IMG/VR virus record: IMGVR_UViG_3300013936_000002
Span: 1 to 64,000 of that record
Length of the DNA stretch: 64,000 bases
Strand: one strand, 5' to 3'
Origin: a virus
Taxonomy: Duplodnaviria; Caudoviricetes
Within the stretch, counting starts at the first letter, position 1; each line of letters opens with the position of its first letter. A model generated the notes under the pieces. That model was not told the DNA's origin and did no database searches. It worked only from the letters and a program-made list of their open reading frames with translations. This document shows, one piece after another, positions 48,846 to 57,754 of this stretch. Position numbers and translations under genes: made by a program.

Positions 48846-50417
48846 ATGAGTATTTATGAGAAATTATTTGATTGGCAAAAGGAAATTGTACAAGATTTAA
48901 AAGATAAAAACTCTTATGGATTATTTTTAGACATGGGGTTAGGTAAAACTCCAATATCTTTAGCATTAGCCGAAGTTAATGATTGTGAAAAGGTTTTAGT
49001 CGTTTCATTAAATGCTAAAGCTCTTGAAGATAAAGATGTTAAAGGATCATTTTGTTGGTGGGGTAGTCAAAGTGCAATGAAATGGAATTGTTATTGCAAA
49101 AAGTCCATTTTTAATACTAACAAAAAAGGCAAGTGGAATGTAAATGTTAGTACATCAACAAAAGATTTATATTGTATAAATTATGAAGGATTATATGAAA
49201 GATTAAAAACCGAAAAGCGTGGAGTTGTTTTGAACAACAATCTAATGGAATTCTTGAATAGCTGTGGTGGAAAGAAAGTTGCTTTAATATTAGATGAAAG
49301 CCATAAGGTTAAAAATCTTAACTCAATCCAAACACAAGCAATTAAGAAAATAATTCAAACATTGCATTTATATAATTGTACAATTAAAACATATTTGTTA
49401 ACTGGAACACCGTTCACTTGTGGTTATGAAGATTTATACTCGCAACTAAAGATATTAGGATACCCTGAAAACAAAACTCATTTCTTAGATAGATATTGTA
49501 TTCGTGGGAACATTAGAAATCTACCTGGCTGGGCGCAACCTATAATTGGTTATAAGAATGAAGATGAGTTAATCGATATTGTTCATCAATATGCAATCAC
49601 AATTAAATCTGTAGAGAAATTAGGAGACAAATTACCAGCAATGGTATTCTCAGACCATGTATTAAAAGAGTCTTTAGATATGAGATTGTTTTCTTCTCAA
49701 AAAATAAAAGTAAAAGAATTAAATAAGATATTAGATGAAAGACAAATAAAATTAGATAGAGAACTCTGGGAATTAGATAATCCTAAAGATATTCAAGTTC
49801 CAAATCCATTTTATAGAAACATTGATTGCTCAAGTGAAAAGTGGTTAGCAAATACTGCAGCATTAGCTTGGATGAGAGCAAGGCAACTATCAATAGGTTT
49901 TCAAGGTAATAGTGAAGAAGCAAAATGGTTTGATAGAACAAGATTGCAAGTACTTAAAGACTTTTTAGAAAACAATAGAGATAACTATGTATTGTTTTAT
50001 AACTTTACTCCAGAGCTTTTAGAGATATACGATATTTGTCAAGAGCTTGGTTATAACATTGACATTTTTTGTGGAGAGATTAAATCATTAACATTTTATG
50101 AAAGGTTTTCCAAACTGCCTAAAAATGAGAAATTAACAAATGTTGGAAATATAATAATCTCAAATTATGCAAGTGGATCGACTGGAAAAAACTGGCAAGA
50201 ATACAATAAATGTATTTTGTTTTCGATCCCTTTGTTTGCAGATTATGAGCAAGGTTTAAAAAGAATAAATAGATTAGGTCAAGAAAGCAAAATCACAATC
50301 TATCATAGATTCTACTCAAACAATTATTTAGATACTTCTATGCTTAAAGCTCTTGACCAAAAAAAGCAGTATGATTCAGATATGTTCTTGGTTGCTGAAA
50401 AAAATCAAAATATTTAA
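48846..50417 (+). CDS. SNF2-like (SF2) helicase
   Basis: LDMGLGKT, LILDESH, LLTGTP, QGLKRINRLGQ motifs. Confidence 0.88.
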   Translation: MSIYEKLFDWQKEIVQDLKDKNSYGLFLDMGLGKTPISLALAEVNDCEKVLVVSLNAKALEDKDVKGSFCWWGSQSAMKWNCYCKKSIFNTNKKGKWNVNVSTSTKDLYCINYEGLYERLKTEKRGVVLNNNLMEFLNSCGGKKVALILDESHKVKNLNSIQTQAIKKIIQTLHLYNCTIKTYLLTGTPFTCGYEDLYSQLKILGYPENKTHFLDRYCIRGNIRNLPGWAQPIIGYKNEDELIDIVHQYAITIKSVEKLGDKLPAMVFSDHVLKESLDMRLFSSQKIKVKELNKILDERQIKLDRELWELDNPKDIQVPNPFYRNIDCSSEKWLANTAALAWMRARQLSIGFQGNSEEAKWFDRTRLQVLKDFLENNRDNYVLFYNFTPELLEIYDICQELGYNIDIFCGEIKSLTFYERFSKLPKNEKLTNVGNIIISNYASGSTGKNWQEYNKCILFSIPLFADYEQGLKRINRLGQESKITIYHRFYSNNYLDTSMLKALDQKKQYDSDMFLVAEKNQNI

Positions 50418-50426
50418 TAAAAACTA

Positions 50427-50455
50427 TTTACATTTAACTTAATATTTGCTAAACT
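50427..50455 (+). promoter_or_regulatory. phage consensus promoter
   Basis: AAAACTA-TTTACA-17 bp-TAAACT. Confidence 0.65.
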
Positions 50456-50485
50456 ATACTTGTGATTAGTAAAGGAGAAAGAAAA

Positions 50486-50920
50486 ATGGAGAACACAAAA
50501 GAAATTGAAAACTATATCGCAAGTTTAAGAAATGGAACATTCCATTGTATTAAGTTCAGAAGAACTATGAGTGAAGCGAGAGCTGCATTCAAAGGTCAAG
50601 TAGAGAAAGAAACAACACTTGTTGCAAGGATTGGTGTTAGCTACAAGAATATGAGTATTAACAAAGATAAAGATTATGTTAACCCACTTCCTTACGGAGA
50701 ATGGACTTTAACAAATAAAATCATTACTCATAATGAAACAAAATTATTAAGATTAACATCTACATTTAATCATTTATTAAAACCTCAAACAAGATATTTT
50801 TATAAAGGTGTAGAAACAACTAAAGAAGAATTAATTAGAATTGGTGCTATTCCTGATAGACCTTCTAAACCAACACCAGTATTCAATATTAAAATTAGTG
50901 ATATTATTTATATTAAATAA
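50486..50920 (+). CDS. hypothetical protein
   Basis: Start refined to MENTK after AAGGAG. Confidence 0.7.
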   Translation: MENTKEIENYIASLRNGTFHCIKFRRTMSEARAAFKGQVEKETTLVARIGVSYKNMSINKDKDYVNPLPYGEWTLTNKIITHNETKLLRLTSTFNHLLKPQTRYFYKGVETTKEELIRIGAIPDRPSKPTPVFNIKISDIIYIK

Positions 50921-50930
50921 TATCAAACTA

Positions 50931-50959
50931 TTTACATTTAGTTAAAGATTTGGTAAAAT
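50931..50959 (+). promoter_or_regulatory. phage consensus promoter
   Basis: AAACTA-TTTACA-17 bp-TAAAAT. Confidence 0.7.
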
Positions 50960-50964
50960 AATAA

Positions 50965-51087
50965 TAGAGCGGTAAGTTGTGAAACTTCAATAAAGCAAAG
51001 TTAAAGATTGCAAAATTTGTTTGTCATAAAACCTTTAAACATCCCCTATAAAAAATATAGCAAAATTAAAAATCTTTAATCGCTCTA
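50965..51087 (+). ncRNA. candidate structured leader or small RNA
   Basis: TAGAGCG/CGCTCTA closing stem, AAGTT-GTGA-AACTT GNRA hairpin, TTAAAGATT/AATCTTTAA stem; begins right after the promoter. Confidence 0.45.
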
Positions 51088-51155
51088 AATTATTTAATAT
51101 AAAAATGAAATTAAATATATAATATAATTAATCATAAAAGGAGGATAAAAAGATT

Positions 51156-51431
51156 ATGATTACAACAATTGAAGTTAAAAGAGAATTAGATTTTGATGAT
51201 TTACAAGAAATGGTCTGGGGTCAAGCAATTGATACTCTTGACACAATCTATCAAAAAGGTAAAGAAGAAGAATTAATGCAATTTTTGGCTGAACAATTTG
51301 AAGGTGGAGAAATTCCAACTGAAACACAAGTCAACGACATCTTAGCTTATGACTGGGAATATGTATTTGAAGCTCTTGGTATAAGTGAAAATGATGAAGA
51401 TGATGATGAAGATTCTGAAGAAGAGGAATAA
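51156..51431 (+). CDS. very acidic small protein (DNA-mimic candidate)
   Basis: About 31 D/E versus 4 K/R in 91 aa by my count. Confidence 0.7.
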   Translation: MITTIEVKRELDFDDLQEMVWGQAIDTLDTIYQKGKEEELMQFLAEQFEGGEIPTETQVNDILAYDWEYVFEALGISENDEDDDEDSEEEE

Positions 51432-51436
51432 TTGTT

Positions 51437-51730
51437 ATGGCAACACTTGGAAAGAAAATGAGACAAAGTAATTATTTTAAAAGTAGCTACGAAGATTATT
51501 TACCATTAAGAGGCAAAAGCATGGAGTTTCCTAATGGTGAGACCTTAGCATTAGATGTTGATAAAGTGTCTTCAGGAGAAGCAATCTTATATTTAGGTAG
51601 ACCAACAAATGTTGGTTCAATTAATATTATTGAAATGGTAGCTGATAGCGATTTGTCAGTTGATGAAAATTTAAATAATTTGTATTTAAAAGCAATTGAT
51701 AAATTTCCTGAACTAGAGGAAGAATTATGA
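51437..51730 (+). CDS. hypothetical protein
   Basis: 97-aa ORF, ATGA overlap with the next gene. Confidence 0.65.
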   Translation: MATLGKKMRQSNYFKSSYEDYLPLRGKSMEFPNGETLALDVDKVSSGEAILYLGRPTNVGSINIIEMVADSDLSVDENLNNLYLKAIDKFPELEEEL

Positions 51731-52239
51731 TTATAACTGATTCAACACTTCTTAAATTAAAATTTAAGAAAGCTAAAGACTTTGAAGATTTATATGAAGA
51801 TGGAGATATTGAAACATCTTTATATGATAAAGTAGTTGATTTAGGAAAAGAAAATGAATTAATGGATTTATTAGTTAAGAAATTTGGTAAACAAGCATTT
51901 AATGATGATGTGTTAAAATTCTTAAATAAAAATGAAAATGAAATTATTAGACAATTAAAAAATACTAAATCTTCTAATGGTTCAAAAACAATTGAATTAT
52001 ATAAAATATATGAACCACATGAGTTCACTGATTATACTGAGTTCTTAGGTAATTCACAATTCCAAGACTTAATGGAAGAAGTAAATGAATATGATACTGA
52101 AGTTGTAAATAAAGTATTTTCAGATATATATGAAGAAAATTTTAAAGGTAGTATTCCAACTTATGATGACTTTATGGATTATGTAGTTCAAAACAAAGAA
52201 AGTATTTTAAGAAAATTAAAAGACTCAATTAATAATTAA
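51727..52239 (+). CDS. acidic protein with two repeats resembling 51156-51431
   Basis: GKENELMDLL...FNDDVL versus GKEEELMQFL...VNDIL; FKGSIPTYDD versus FEGGEIPTET. Confidence 0.6.
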   Translation: MIITDSTLLKLKFKKAKDFEDLYEDGDIETSLYDKVVDLGKENELMDLLVKKFGKQAFNDDVLKFLNKNENEIIRQLKNTKSSNGSKTIELYKIYEPHEFTDYTEFLGNSQFQDLMEEVNEYDTEVVNKVFSDIYEENFKGSIPTYDDFMDYVVQNKESILRKLKDSINN

Positions 52240-52254
52240 ACAAAACCGAAAACA

Positions 52255-52596
52255 GAGTTGATAGTTAGTGTCGTTTCCTTGTTAATAATTTTTATAAATA
52301 AATTTATATTCTAATGTTCAAATGTATAAATAATTTACACGACATTCAAAGCTAACTAGTGATTACTCAGAATATTGCTTCTCTTATTAGATTAAGTTTG
52401 GATATTCAAACCTTTACTCATTGATTAATTGTAAGGGGTCCTCATTTATTATTCATTGCCTATACAATTAATCAAATTCTTTCATTTATGGAGAATATAA
52501 AAAATACTAGTCTTTCAAAAAAATATATTCTCCAATTCCTAATGGTATCGTATAAAAGTAATACTAAGAATGTAAGTGCAAGACTTACTACCATTA
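52255..52596. ncRNA. candidate large structured non-coding RNA (~340 nt)
   Basis: Five stem systems including a 13-bp and an 11-bp perfect stem in an ORF-free intergenic region. Confidence 0.5.
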
Positions 52597-52627
52597 TCAA
52601 ATAAAAGCAAAGGAGATGAAAAAATAA

Positions 52628-53065
52628 ATGGAAGTGTGGATTGCAATAATAGTGATTGTAATTCTAATTGTTGTTGCAGGATGTACACCAACAGTCACTG
52701 ATACTTTAAAACATACTGCAGAGTATGGAAAGAAAGTTGAAGAATGTCGTAAAAAAGAAAATGAGACACGCTGGCAAGCGTTTCAAGAAGAATACGATAG
52801 ATATGTTGAGTTGTGTAAAAAGTACAAGCAAAAACCTATTCCTGTCTTTAAGTATTTAGAGAGTTGGAATGAGAAAAATCCACAACAACGCATAGAACCA
52901 AGTTGGAGTTCTTCAGATGATGAAGAAGAAAAGAAACCAAAACTCAAAACATCAAGAGGTGGGTTCAATCGTGATGGAAAAGGTTGGACTTACAATGTTA
53001 CAAAGGATCAAGATGGAAACACAATCTATTATGAAGAACATCCTGATGACCATGTAGTTTGGTAG
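52628..53065 (+). CDS. membrane-anchored/lipoprotein-like protein
   Basis: Hydrophobic N-terminus ending VVAGC (lipobox-like), charged remainder. Confidence 0.6.
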   Translation: MEVWIAIIVIVILIVVAGCTPTVTDTLKHTAEYGKKVEECRKKENETRWQAFQEEYDRYVELCKKYKQKPIPVFKYLESWNEKNPQQRIEPSWSSSDDEEEKKPKLKTSRGGFNRDGKGWTYNVTKDQDGNTIYYEEHPDDHVVW

Positions 53066-53074
53066 AAACAACAA

Positions 53075-53203
53075 GATAATTCCTTAATGTAGTCAAGATT
53101 ATAAAATATATTTATATCAATTCCTTTTACTATTTACAAACAATCAAAAAAACTATATTTGTGTTTCTCCAAAACATAATCTTGATTACATTAAGGAATT
53201 ATC
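53075..53203. repeat. 28-bp inverted repeat (53075-53102 / 53176-53203) enclosing 73 bp
   Basis: GATAATTCCTTAATGTAGTCAAGATTAT versus ATAATCTTGATTACATTAAGGAATTATC, one mismatch. Confidence 0.9.
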
Positions 53204-53267
53204 GAAAATAGAGAATTGATAAAATTCTCTTTTTTTGTAATTAAAAAAATCGAAAGGAGGAAAAGTC

Positions 53268-53591
53268 GTGTCAAGAAGAACACCTGAAACCGATTTAAAG
53301 GATCAAGTATGTAAAAAACTAGACAAAATGCAATGTGATGGATATGCAATAATCTATTGGAGAAGGAATGCCGATGGTATAAATTTTCATCAAGGCGATC
53401 CAGATATTTATGGTTCATTTAATGGTTATCATTTTGAGATTGAATTAAAAGCAAAAGACGGAGAGCTATCTTCGGCGCAAAAGCGTGTTATAGAGCGATT
53501 TAAACAATTTAAGATAAATTATATATTGTTAGACAAAATCGACAACCTTGAGCCGTTTTTGTTAGAAATAGCGCATATTGAGAAAAAATAA
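53268..53591 (+). CDS. VRR-NUC/Holliday-junction-resolvase-like nuclease
   Basis: PETDLK, GDPDIY, FEIELKAKDGELSSAQ motifs. Confidence 0.85.
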   Translation: MSRRTPETDLKDQVCKKLDKMQCDGYAIIYWRRNADGINFHQGDPDIYGSFNGYHFEIELKAKDGELSSAQKRVIERFKQFKINYILLDKIDNLEPFLLEIAHIEKK

Positions 53592-53612
53592 GGAGGTGAA
53601 AAGTAGTAAAAC

Positions 53613-53771
53613 ATGTTTAATTATCGAAATAACTGGGTTAAAACACCATGTAAAGATTGTTGCAAACGACATTTAAATTGTCATTCTAATTGTGTTGATT
53701 ATAAAAACTACAAAATAGAAATGCAAAAAATTCAAAATAAAGAAATTGAACGAAAAAGAAATAGCTGGTAA
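53613..53771 (+). CDS. small Cys/His-rich protein (52 aa, not in ORF track)
   Basis: AGGAGG RBS; PCKDCCKRHLNCHSNC motif. Confidence 0.7.
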   Translation: MFNYRNNWVKTPCKDCCKRHLNCHSNCVDYKNYKIEMQKIQNKEIERKRNSW

Positions 53772-53879
53772 ATCTAGCTATTTTTATTTTGCATATTGTT
53801 GCTATATTTGTTGTTAGATGTACAAGTAGATCCACTCGTATATCAACAATATCTTCAGTTTTAACTAACAACTTGATTG

Positions 53880-54360
53880 TTGATACAAGATTTTGACACT
53901 TAGATTTTTACATAATTTGAAGATACAAAAAATAGGTCAAATTTTGAGTCCAAAAATTAGCTCTTTTCGAAAAAATCAAACCCATGTAAATATAAAAATA
54001 TACCCTCCCCCCAAAATCCAAAAATAAAATATATTATATATATAATATATTTTACCTTTTTTTATTTTTCCTTATATATATTTTTTAAAAAATATCTAAT
54101 AGAAGATATTTTATATTTATTTATTTATATAAATAAATATATAAATTATTAGGTCATATAAAATGGGGTTAAAAAATCACTAAAAATAAAAATAATTTTT
54201 TTTACTCATTTTAAACCAAAAAATTAAAAATTAAGTTAACCCCCCCAATTTTTGAAGATTTTTTAATCCCATTTGATAAGGGTTAATAATAAAAAACTGC
54301 TCAAAAAAGTATATAAAAAAGAAATATGCAAATTTTACGATTAGAAAAAATAATCATTTT
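53880..54360. other. non-coding AT-rich region with palindromes and C-tracts (origin or genome-end candidate)
   Basis: No credible ORF; AT palindromes near 54027-54055 and 54110-54142; CCCTCCCCCC and C7 tracts; precedes the early promoter. Confidence 0.4.
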
Positions 54361-54372
54361 TAATAAAAACTA

Positions 54373-54401
54373 TTTACATTAAATAAAATCAATGATATAA
54401 T
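54373..54401 (+). promoter_or_regulatory. phage consensus early promoter
   Basis: AAAAACTA-TTTACA-17 bp-TATAAT. Confidence 0.8.
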
Positions 54402-54437
54402 GACAGTACAAAAGTTGAAAGGAGAAAGAAAACAACT

Positions 54438-54575
54438 ATGGAAAGAAAGATTGAATGGTATAAGGAGTTTTGTAGAACTAATTATTTAAAGGAAGGGGAT
54501 GCAAAGTCGTTAAAAATATTTTATGACTATGTAGATAAACTAGAGAAGATGATAAAAGGTGAAAAGGGCTGTTAA
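54438..54575 (+). CDS. small early protein (45 aa, not in ORF track)
   Basis: AAGGAG RBS; MERKIEWYKEFCRTNYL...EKGC*. Confidence 0.6.
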   Translation: MERKIEWYKEFCRTNYLKEGDAKSLKIFYDYVDKLEKMIKGEKGC

Positions 54576-54707
54576 AGACAGCTCTTATCAAAAAGATATT
54601 GTTGTTACAAGTGTAAAAACAAATATTAGTTTGCAAACAATGATTGCATATTAGAAAATTGCATTGCAAAAAGTCCAGTGGAAAATAAGATAAAAGGAGA
54701 AGAAAAA

Positions 54708-54833
54708 ATGGATAATAAGAAAAATAATAAAAGTAGAGATGAAGCAGTAGTGAAATGTTTTGAAAAGAAATTTAATAAATTTTTTGTAGGTTTCAATACA
54801 GGGAGAAAAGGAAATGGAAAGTGTAAGAAATAA
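54708..54833 (+). CDS. small basic protein (41 aa, not in ORF track)
   Basis: AAGGAG RBS; MDNKKNNKSRDEAVV... Confidence 0.5.
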   Translation: MDNKKNNKSRDEAVVKCFEKKFNKFFVGFNTGRKGNGKCKK

Positions 54834-55158
54834 TATATTGTATAATGGACTTTATTATAATGGTAGTGAAAGAAGTATTAATTGTGTAAAGAGATATATA
54901 GAAAGAGATTTAAACAAAAAATCCATATTAAAGAATAATGGATTTGAAGTAAGATTAATGCGTGATTATAAAAATACTAAAGGTGCATATTTCTACGCTG
55001 CATTATTCAAAAATAATGAGATGATATGTAGATTAACAAATCAATCTGCTTATGGTAGTAAAGTTTGTAAAGATTTAAAGAAATATTATAACTATGGATT
55101 TTTAGAAACACATATCAAACAAATATTAGAGAAGGAGAAAGAAAATGGCAAGCATTAG
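54814..55158 (+). CDS. hypothetical early protein
   Basis: 114-aa ORF. Confidence 0.65.
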   Translation: MESVRNNILYNGLYYNGSERSINCVKRYIERDLNKKSILKNNGFEVRLMRDYKNTKGAYFYAALFKNNEMICRLTNQSAYGSKVCKDLKKYYNYGFLETHIKQILEKEKENGKH

Positions 55159-55903
55159 AAAGTCATTGATATTACATCCAGTAATAATGGTAAGTCTAAA
55201 TGAGAATGAGTTATTAGAGTTATATAAGAACTATGAGATAAAGCACATAAAGAAAGACAATCCAGGAACACATAGTAGAGATGATAGGAAAGTATTTGTA
55301 ACGACTGCAATGCCTTTAAATTATAAAGGAAAAGTATATGTATGTTATGAAGGTTTAGTGATTGGAAGATTTGATTCAAACGGAACGATCGACATCTTTA
55401 GAAGTAGATATAATGATGATGGAGAGATGACAATTTTTAGACCATTAAAAGTAGATATAAAAGAAGAGGATTGGTGCAAGCGTAGAAAAACAATAAAAGC
55501 TAATTCTATGACTTTTCAAAAAGAGATTGAGTATTTATTTGGAATAAGTCTAAATGAGCTTAAATCAAGTCTAATAAGCGAAAATGATTGTAATCAAATA
55601 ATGAGTATTGCACATTTAGAGATGTTTGAGAGCCCACATTCAATAAGTGAGTTTTATAAATGTGCTGAGCCAATATGTTTAGATTATGTTGGTTCGGAGT
55701 GTAAAGGATCTAACTGCAAATATTTCAATGCAATCAATGGAAAGAAACATAATGGTTGTGGTAGAGATTGTAAATATTGTATCAACACTCAATTAATTTA
55801 TACACCAAAAGAAGGAAGTTATTGTTGGTGTTATGATTTAATGTACTCCAAAAATTGGAATGAAAAATATATCAATGCAAAGAAAATAAAAAAAGTTAAT
55901 TAA
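55145..55903 (+). CDS. protein with possible ASCH/PUA-like N-terminus and Cys-rich C-terminus
   Basis: VIMVSL...GKVYVCYEGLVIGRF weakly resembles ASCH; multiple C-terminal Cys. Confidence 0.5.
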   Translation: MASIRKSLILHPVIMVSLNENELLELYKNYEIKHIKKDNPGTHSRDDRKVFVTTAMPLNYKGKVYVCYEGLVIGRFDSNGTIDIFRSRYNDDGEMTIFRPLKVDIKEEDWCKRRKTIKANSMTFQKEIEYLFGISLNELKSSLISENDCNQIMSIAHLEMFESPHSISEFYKCAEPICLDYVGSECKGSNCKYFNAINGKKHNGCGRDCKYCINTQLIYTPKEGSYCWCYDLMYSKNWNEKYINAKKIKKVN

Positions 55904-55908
55904 AACTA

Positions 55909-55937
55909 TTTACATTTAACTTTAATCATGCTATATT
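55909..55937 (+). promoter_or_regulatory. phage consensus promoter
   Basis: AAAACTA-TTTACA-17 bp-TATATT. Confidence 0.75.
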
Positions 55938-55969
55938 ATACTTGTCAAATGGAAAAGGAGAAAACAAAA

Positions 55970-56173
55970 ATGAAATTGAATGAATTAGTAAAAAATATGT
56001 TTGGTGTTGGCGTAAATGTTGTGAATAATGAAGATTATAAAACTATTTACAAAGGAAGCACTACAGGAATTAAAATAAATTCTAAAGAATTTGAAAAATA
56101 TAATGTTAGTACTATATTTGCTAGTGTAGAGACTAGTTACGCTTTAACTATTTATGTAGAGGAGGTGAAATAA
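55970..56173 (+). CDS. MKLx[DE] family small protein, paralog 1
   Basis: Start refined after AAGGAG; MKLNELV...TIYKG. Confidence 0.7.
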   Translation: MKLNELVKNMFGVGVNVVNNEDYKTIYKGSTTGIKINSKEFEKYNVSTIFASVETSYALTIYVEEVK

Positions 56174-56174
56174 A

Positions 56175-56393
56175 ATGAAATTAACTGAATTTACTAGTGT
56201 TATGCACGATATTAATGTAGAAATTACTGATTTTATAAGTGAACAAACTATTTATTGTGGAAATATAAACGGGGTTAAATTTACTCTAAACACCTTTAAA
56301 GATAACACATTTAACAAATATGATGTTGTTGCTGTATTTAGTAGTTGTGAAGAAAATTGCAACATGCAAATCTATGTAGTAGAGGAGAAATAA
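56175..56393 (+). CDS. MKLx[DE] family small protein, paralog 2
   Basis: MKLTEF...TIYCG; GAGGAGG RBS. Confidence 0.7.
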   Translation: MKLTEFTSVMHDINVEITDFISEQTIYCGNINGVKFTLNTFKDNTFNKYDVVAVFSSCEENCNMQIYVVEEK

Positions 56394-56395
56394 AT

Positions 56396-56575
56396 ATGAC
56401 TGAAGAAAGAAAACAACAAGCTAATATTCTTTTAAATGAATTTACAAATAATATTATTAGTCAACAAAGAATAGCACTTTCTAAGAATGATAAAAAGGAA
56501 TATGAGAAATTATGTAAAGCACAAGATTTAATTAATGATATTCAAAATTTATTGATAAATGGAGAGAGTAAATAA
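56396..56575 (+). CDS. small helical protein
   Basis: Start refined to MTEERK after GAGGAG. Confidence 0.6.
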   Translation: MTEERKQQANILLNEFTNNIISQQRIALSKNDKKEYEKLCKAQDLINDIQNLLINGESK

Positions 56576-56578
56576 ATT

Positions 56579-56779
56579 ATGAAACTAAAAGATTTACTAA
56601 AAGTTGTTAATGAACTTATTACATTACAAATAATTCGTTGTAATGATTATAAAGTAATCTTTAAAGGTAATAGTTATTATGCTGAGAAAGAATTAAGTTC
56701 TTTATTAGAAAGTAAAGTAAAAGAGATAACAACTTTTAAAGATAAAAGTTTAGGTGTTTTTATTAAAGAGGAGAGATAA
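56579..56779 (+). CDS. MKLx[DE] family small protein, paralog 3
   Basis: MKLKDLL...VIFKG. Confidence 0.7.
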   Translation: MKLKDLLKVVNELITLQIIRCNDYKVIFKGNSYYAEKELSSLLESKVKEITTFKDKSLGVFIKEER

Positions 56780-56781
56780 AT

Positions 56782-56988
56782 ATGAAAAAGAATTATGGTG
56801 TATGGATTGAAAGAACAAAAAAATTTGTTAGCGAAGTTCATTTTGAAACAAAAAAAGAAGCTAAGCAATTCATAAATAATGAAGTATTAAAATATAATGA
56901 TATTGATAAAATAGCAATAATTGAATATAAGTATAATGATAGAGATATGTTGATTGAAAGTAAAACTAATTATTATTATGAATGGTAA
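56782..56988 (+). CDS. hypothetical protein
   Basis: 68 aa, GAGGAG RBS. Confidence 0.65.
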   Translation: MKKNYGVWIERTKKFVSEVHFETKKEAKQFINNEVLKYNDIDKIAIIEYKYNDRDMLIESKTNYYYEW

Positions 56989-57000
56989 AAGAGATAAGAT

Positions 57001-57201
57001 ATGATATTAAAAGATTTATTAAAAGTAATACACGGATATGATGATATACAAATTGTATATAAAGATAAAATGTTCTCAGGAAAGAAAAGTGAATTTAAAA
57101 ATTATAAATATAAAAATGAATTAATTAATTGTGAAGTAAAAGAAATTGAATTAGGTGATTGTTTGTTATCAATTATGTTAAAGGAGAAGAAAAATGGATA
57201 A
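57001..57201 (+). CDS. MKLx[DE] family small protein, paralog 4
   Basis: MILKDLL...MFSG. Confidence 0.65.
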   Translation: MILKDLLKVIHGYDDIQIVYKDKMFSGKKSEFKNYKYKNELINCEVKEIELGDCLLSIMLKEKKNG

Positions 57202-57445
57202 TAAAGAAATGTTAGAAGAATTTGTTTCAATAGTTATTGATAAAGCTAATGAAAAGATTAAAGTTGATGATGTATTATCAATACTACAAGTTGTGAGTAA
57301 ATCAATAGATGATAGTGTAGATGTACAAACAGTTAATACAATTATACTTGGAATAATTACAGGATTAGCAACTATATTAGATGGTGATAAAACTGACAAA
57401 ATATTAGATGATTATATAAAAGATTTAAAGGATTCATTGGCTTAA
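57194..57445 (+). CDS. hypothetical protein
   Basis: 83 aa, AAGGAG RBS. Confidence 0.65.
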   Translation: MDNKEMLEEFVSIVIDKANEKIKVDDVLSILQVVSKSIDDSVDVQTVNTIILGIITGLATILDGDKTDKILDDYIKDLKDSLA

Positions 57446-57448
57446 TAT

Positions 57449-57751
57449 ATGACTATAAATTGTGAGCTAAAACTTGATACAAAAGATTTTGAGATAATGT
57501 TAGAAAATAGTCTTAATGACTCTTTAAAAGAACATTATCTAAGAATTAAATTAATAAGTATAACTTATAGATTATCTCATAATGAGATATTATCAAAAAT
57601 AGTCAAAGTTATAGTTGATCAAATTGAATATAATTTATACGATTGTGATGAAGATGTTGATTATGGAGTATTTGTTTACAAATGTGATAAGCAAGATTTA
57701 ATAAAAGATATTGTTGATGCAATTGTATATCAAAAATTAATGAAAGGGTAG
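57449..57751 (+). CDS. hypothetical protein
   Basis: 100-aa ORF in operon. Confidence 0.6.
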   Translation: MTINCELKLDTKDFEIMLENSLNDSLKEHYLRIKLISITYRLSHNEILSKIVKVIVDQIEYNLYDCDEDVDYGVFVYKCDKQDLIKDIVDAIVYQKLMKG

Positions 57752-57754
57752 AGT

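Noticed and set aside
53686-53871. 61-aa minus-strand ORF
   Set aside because: No RBS, overlaps the + strand Cys-rich gene and its terminator hairpin.
54576-54707. Stop-codon read-through joining 54438, a Cys-rich stretch and 54708 in one frame
   Set aside because: Needs read-through of both TAA and TAG; 54708 has its own RBS; no supporting signal.
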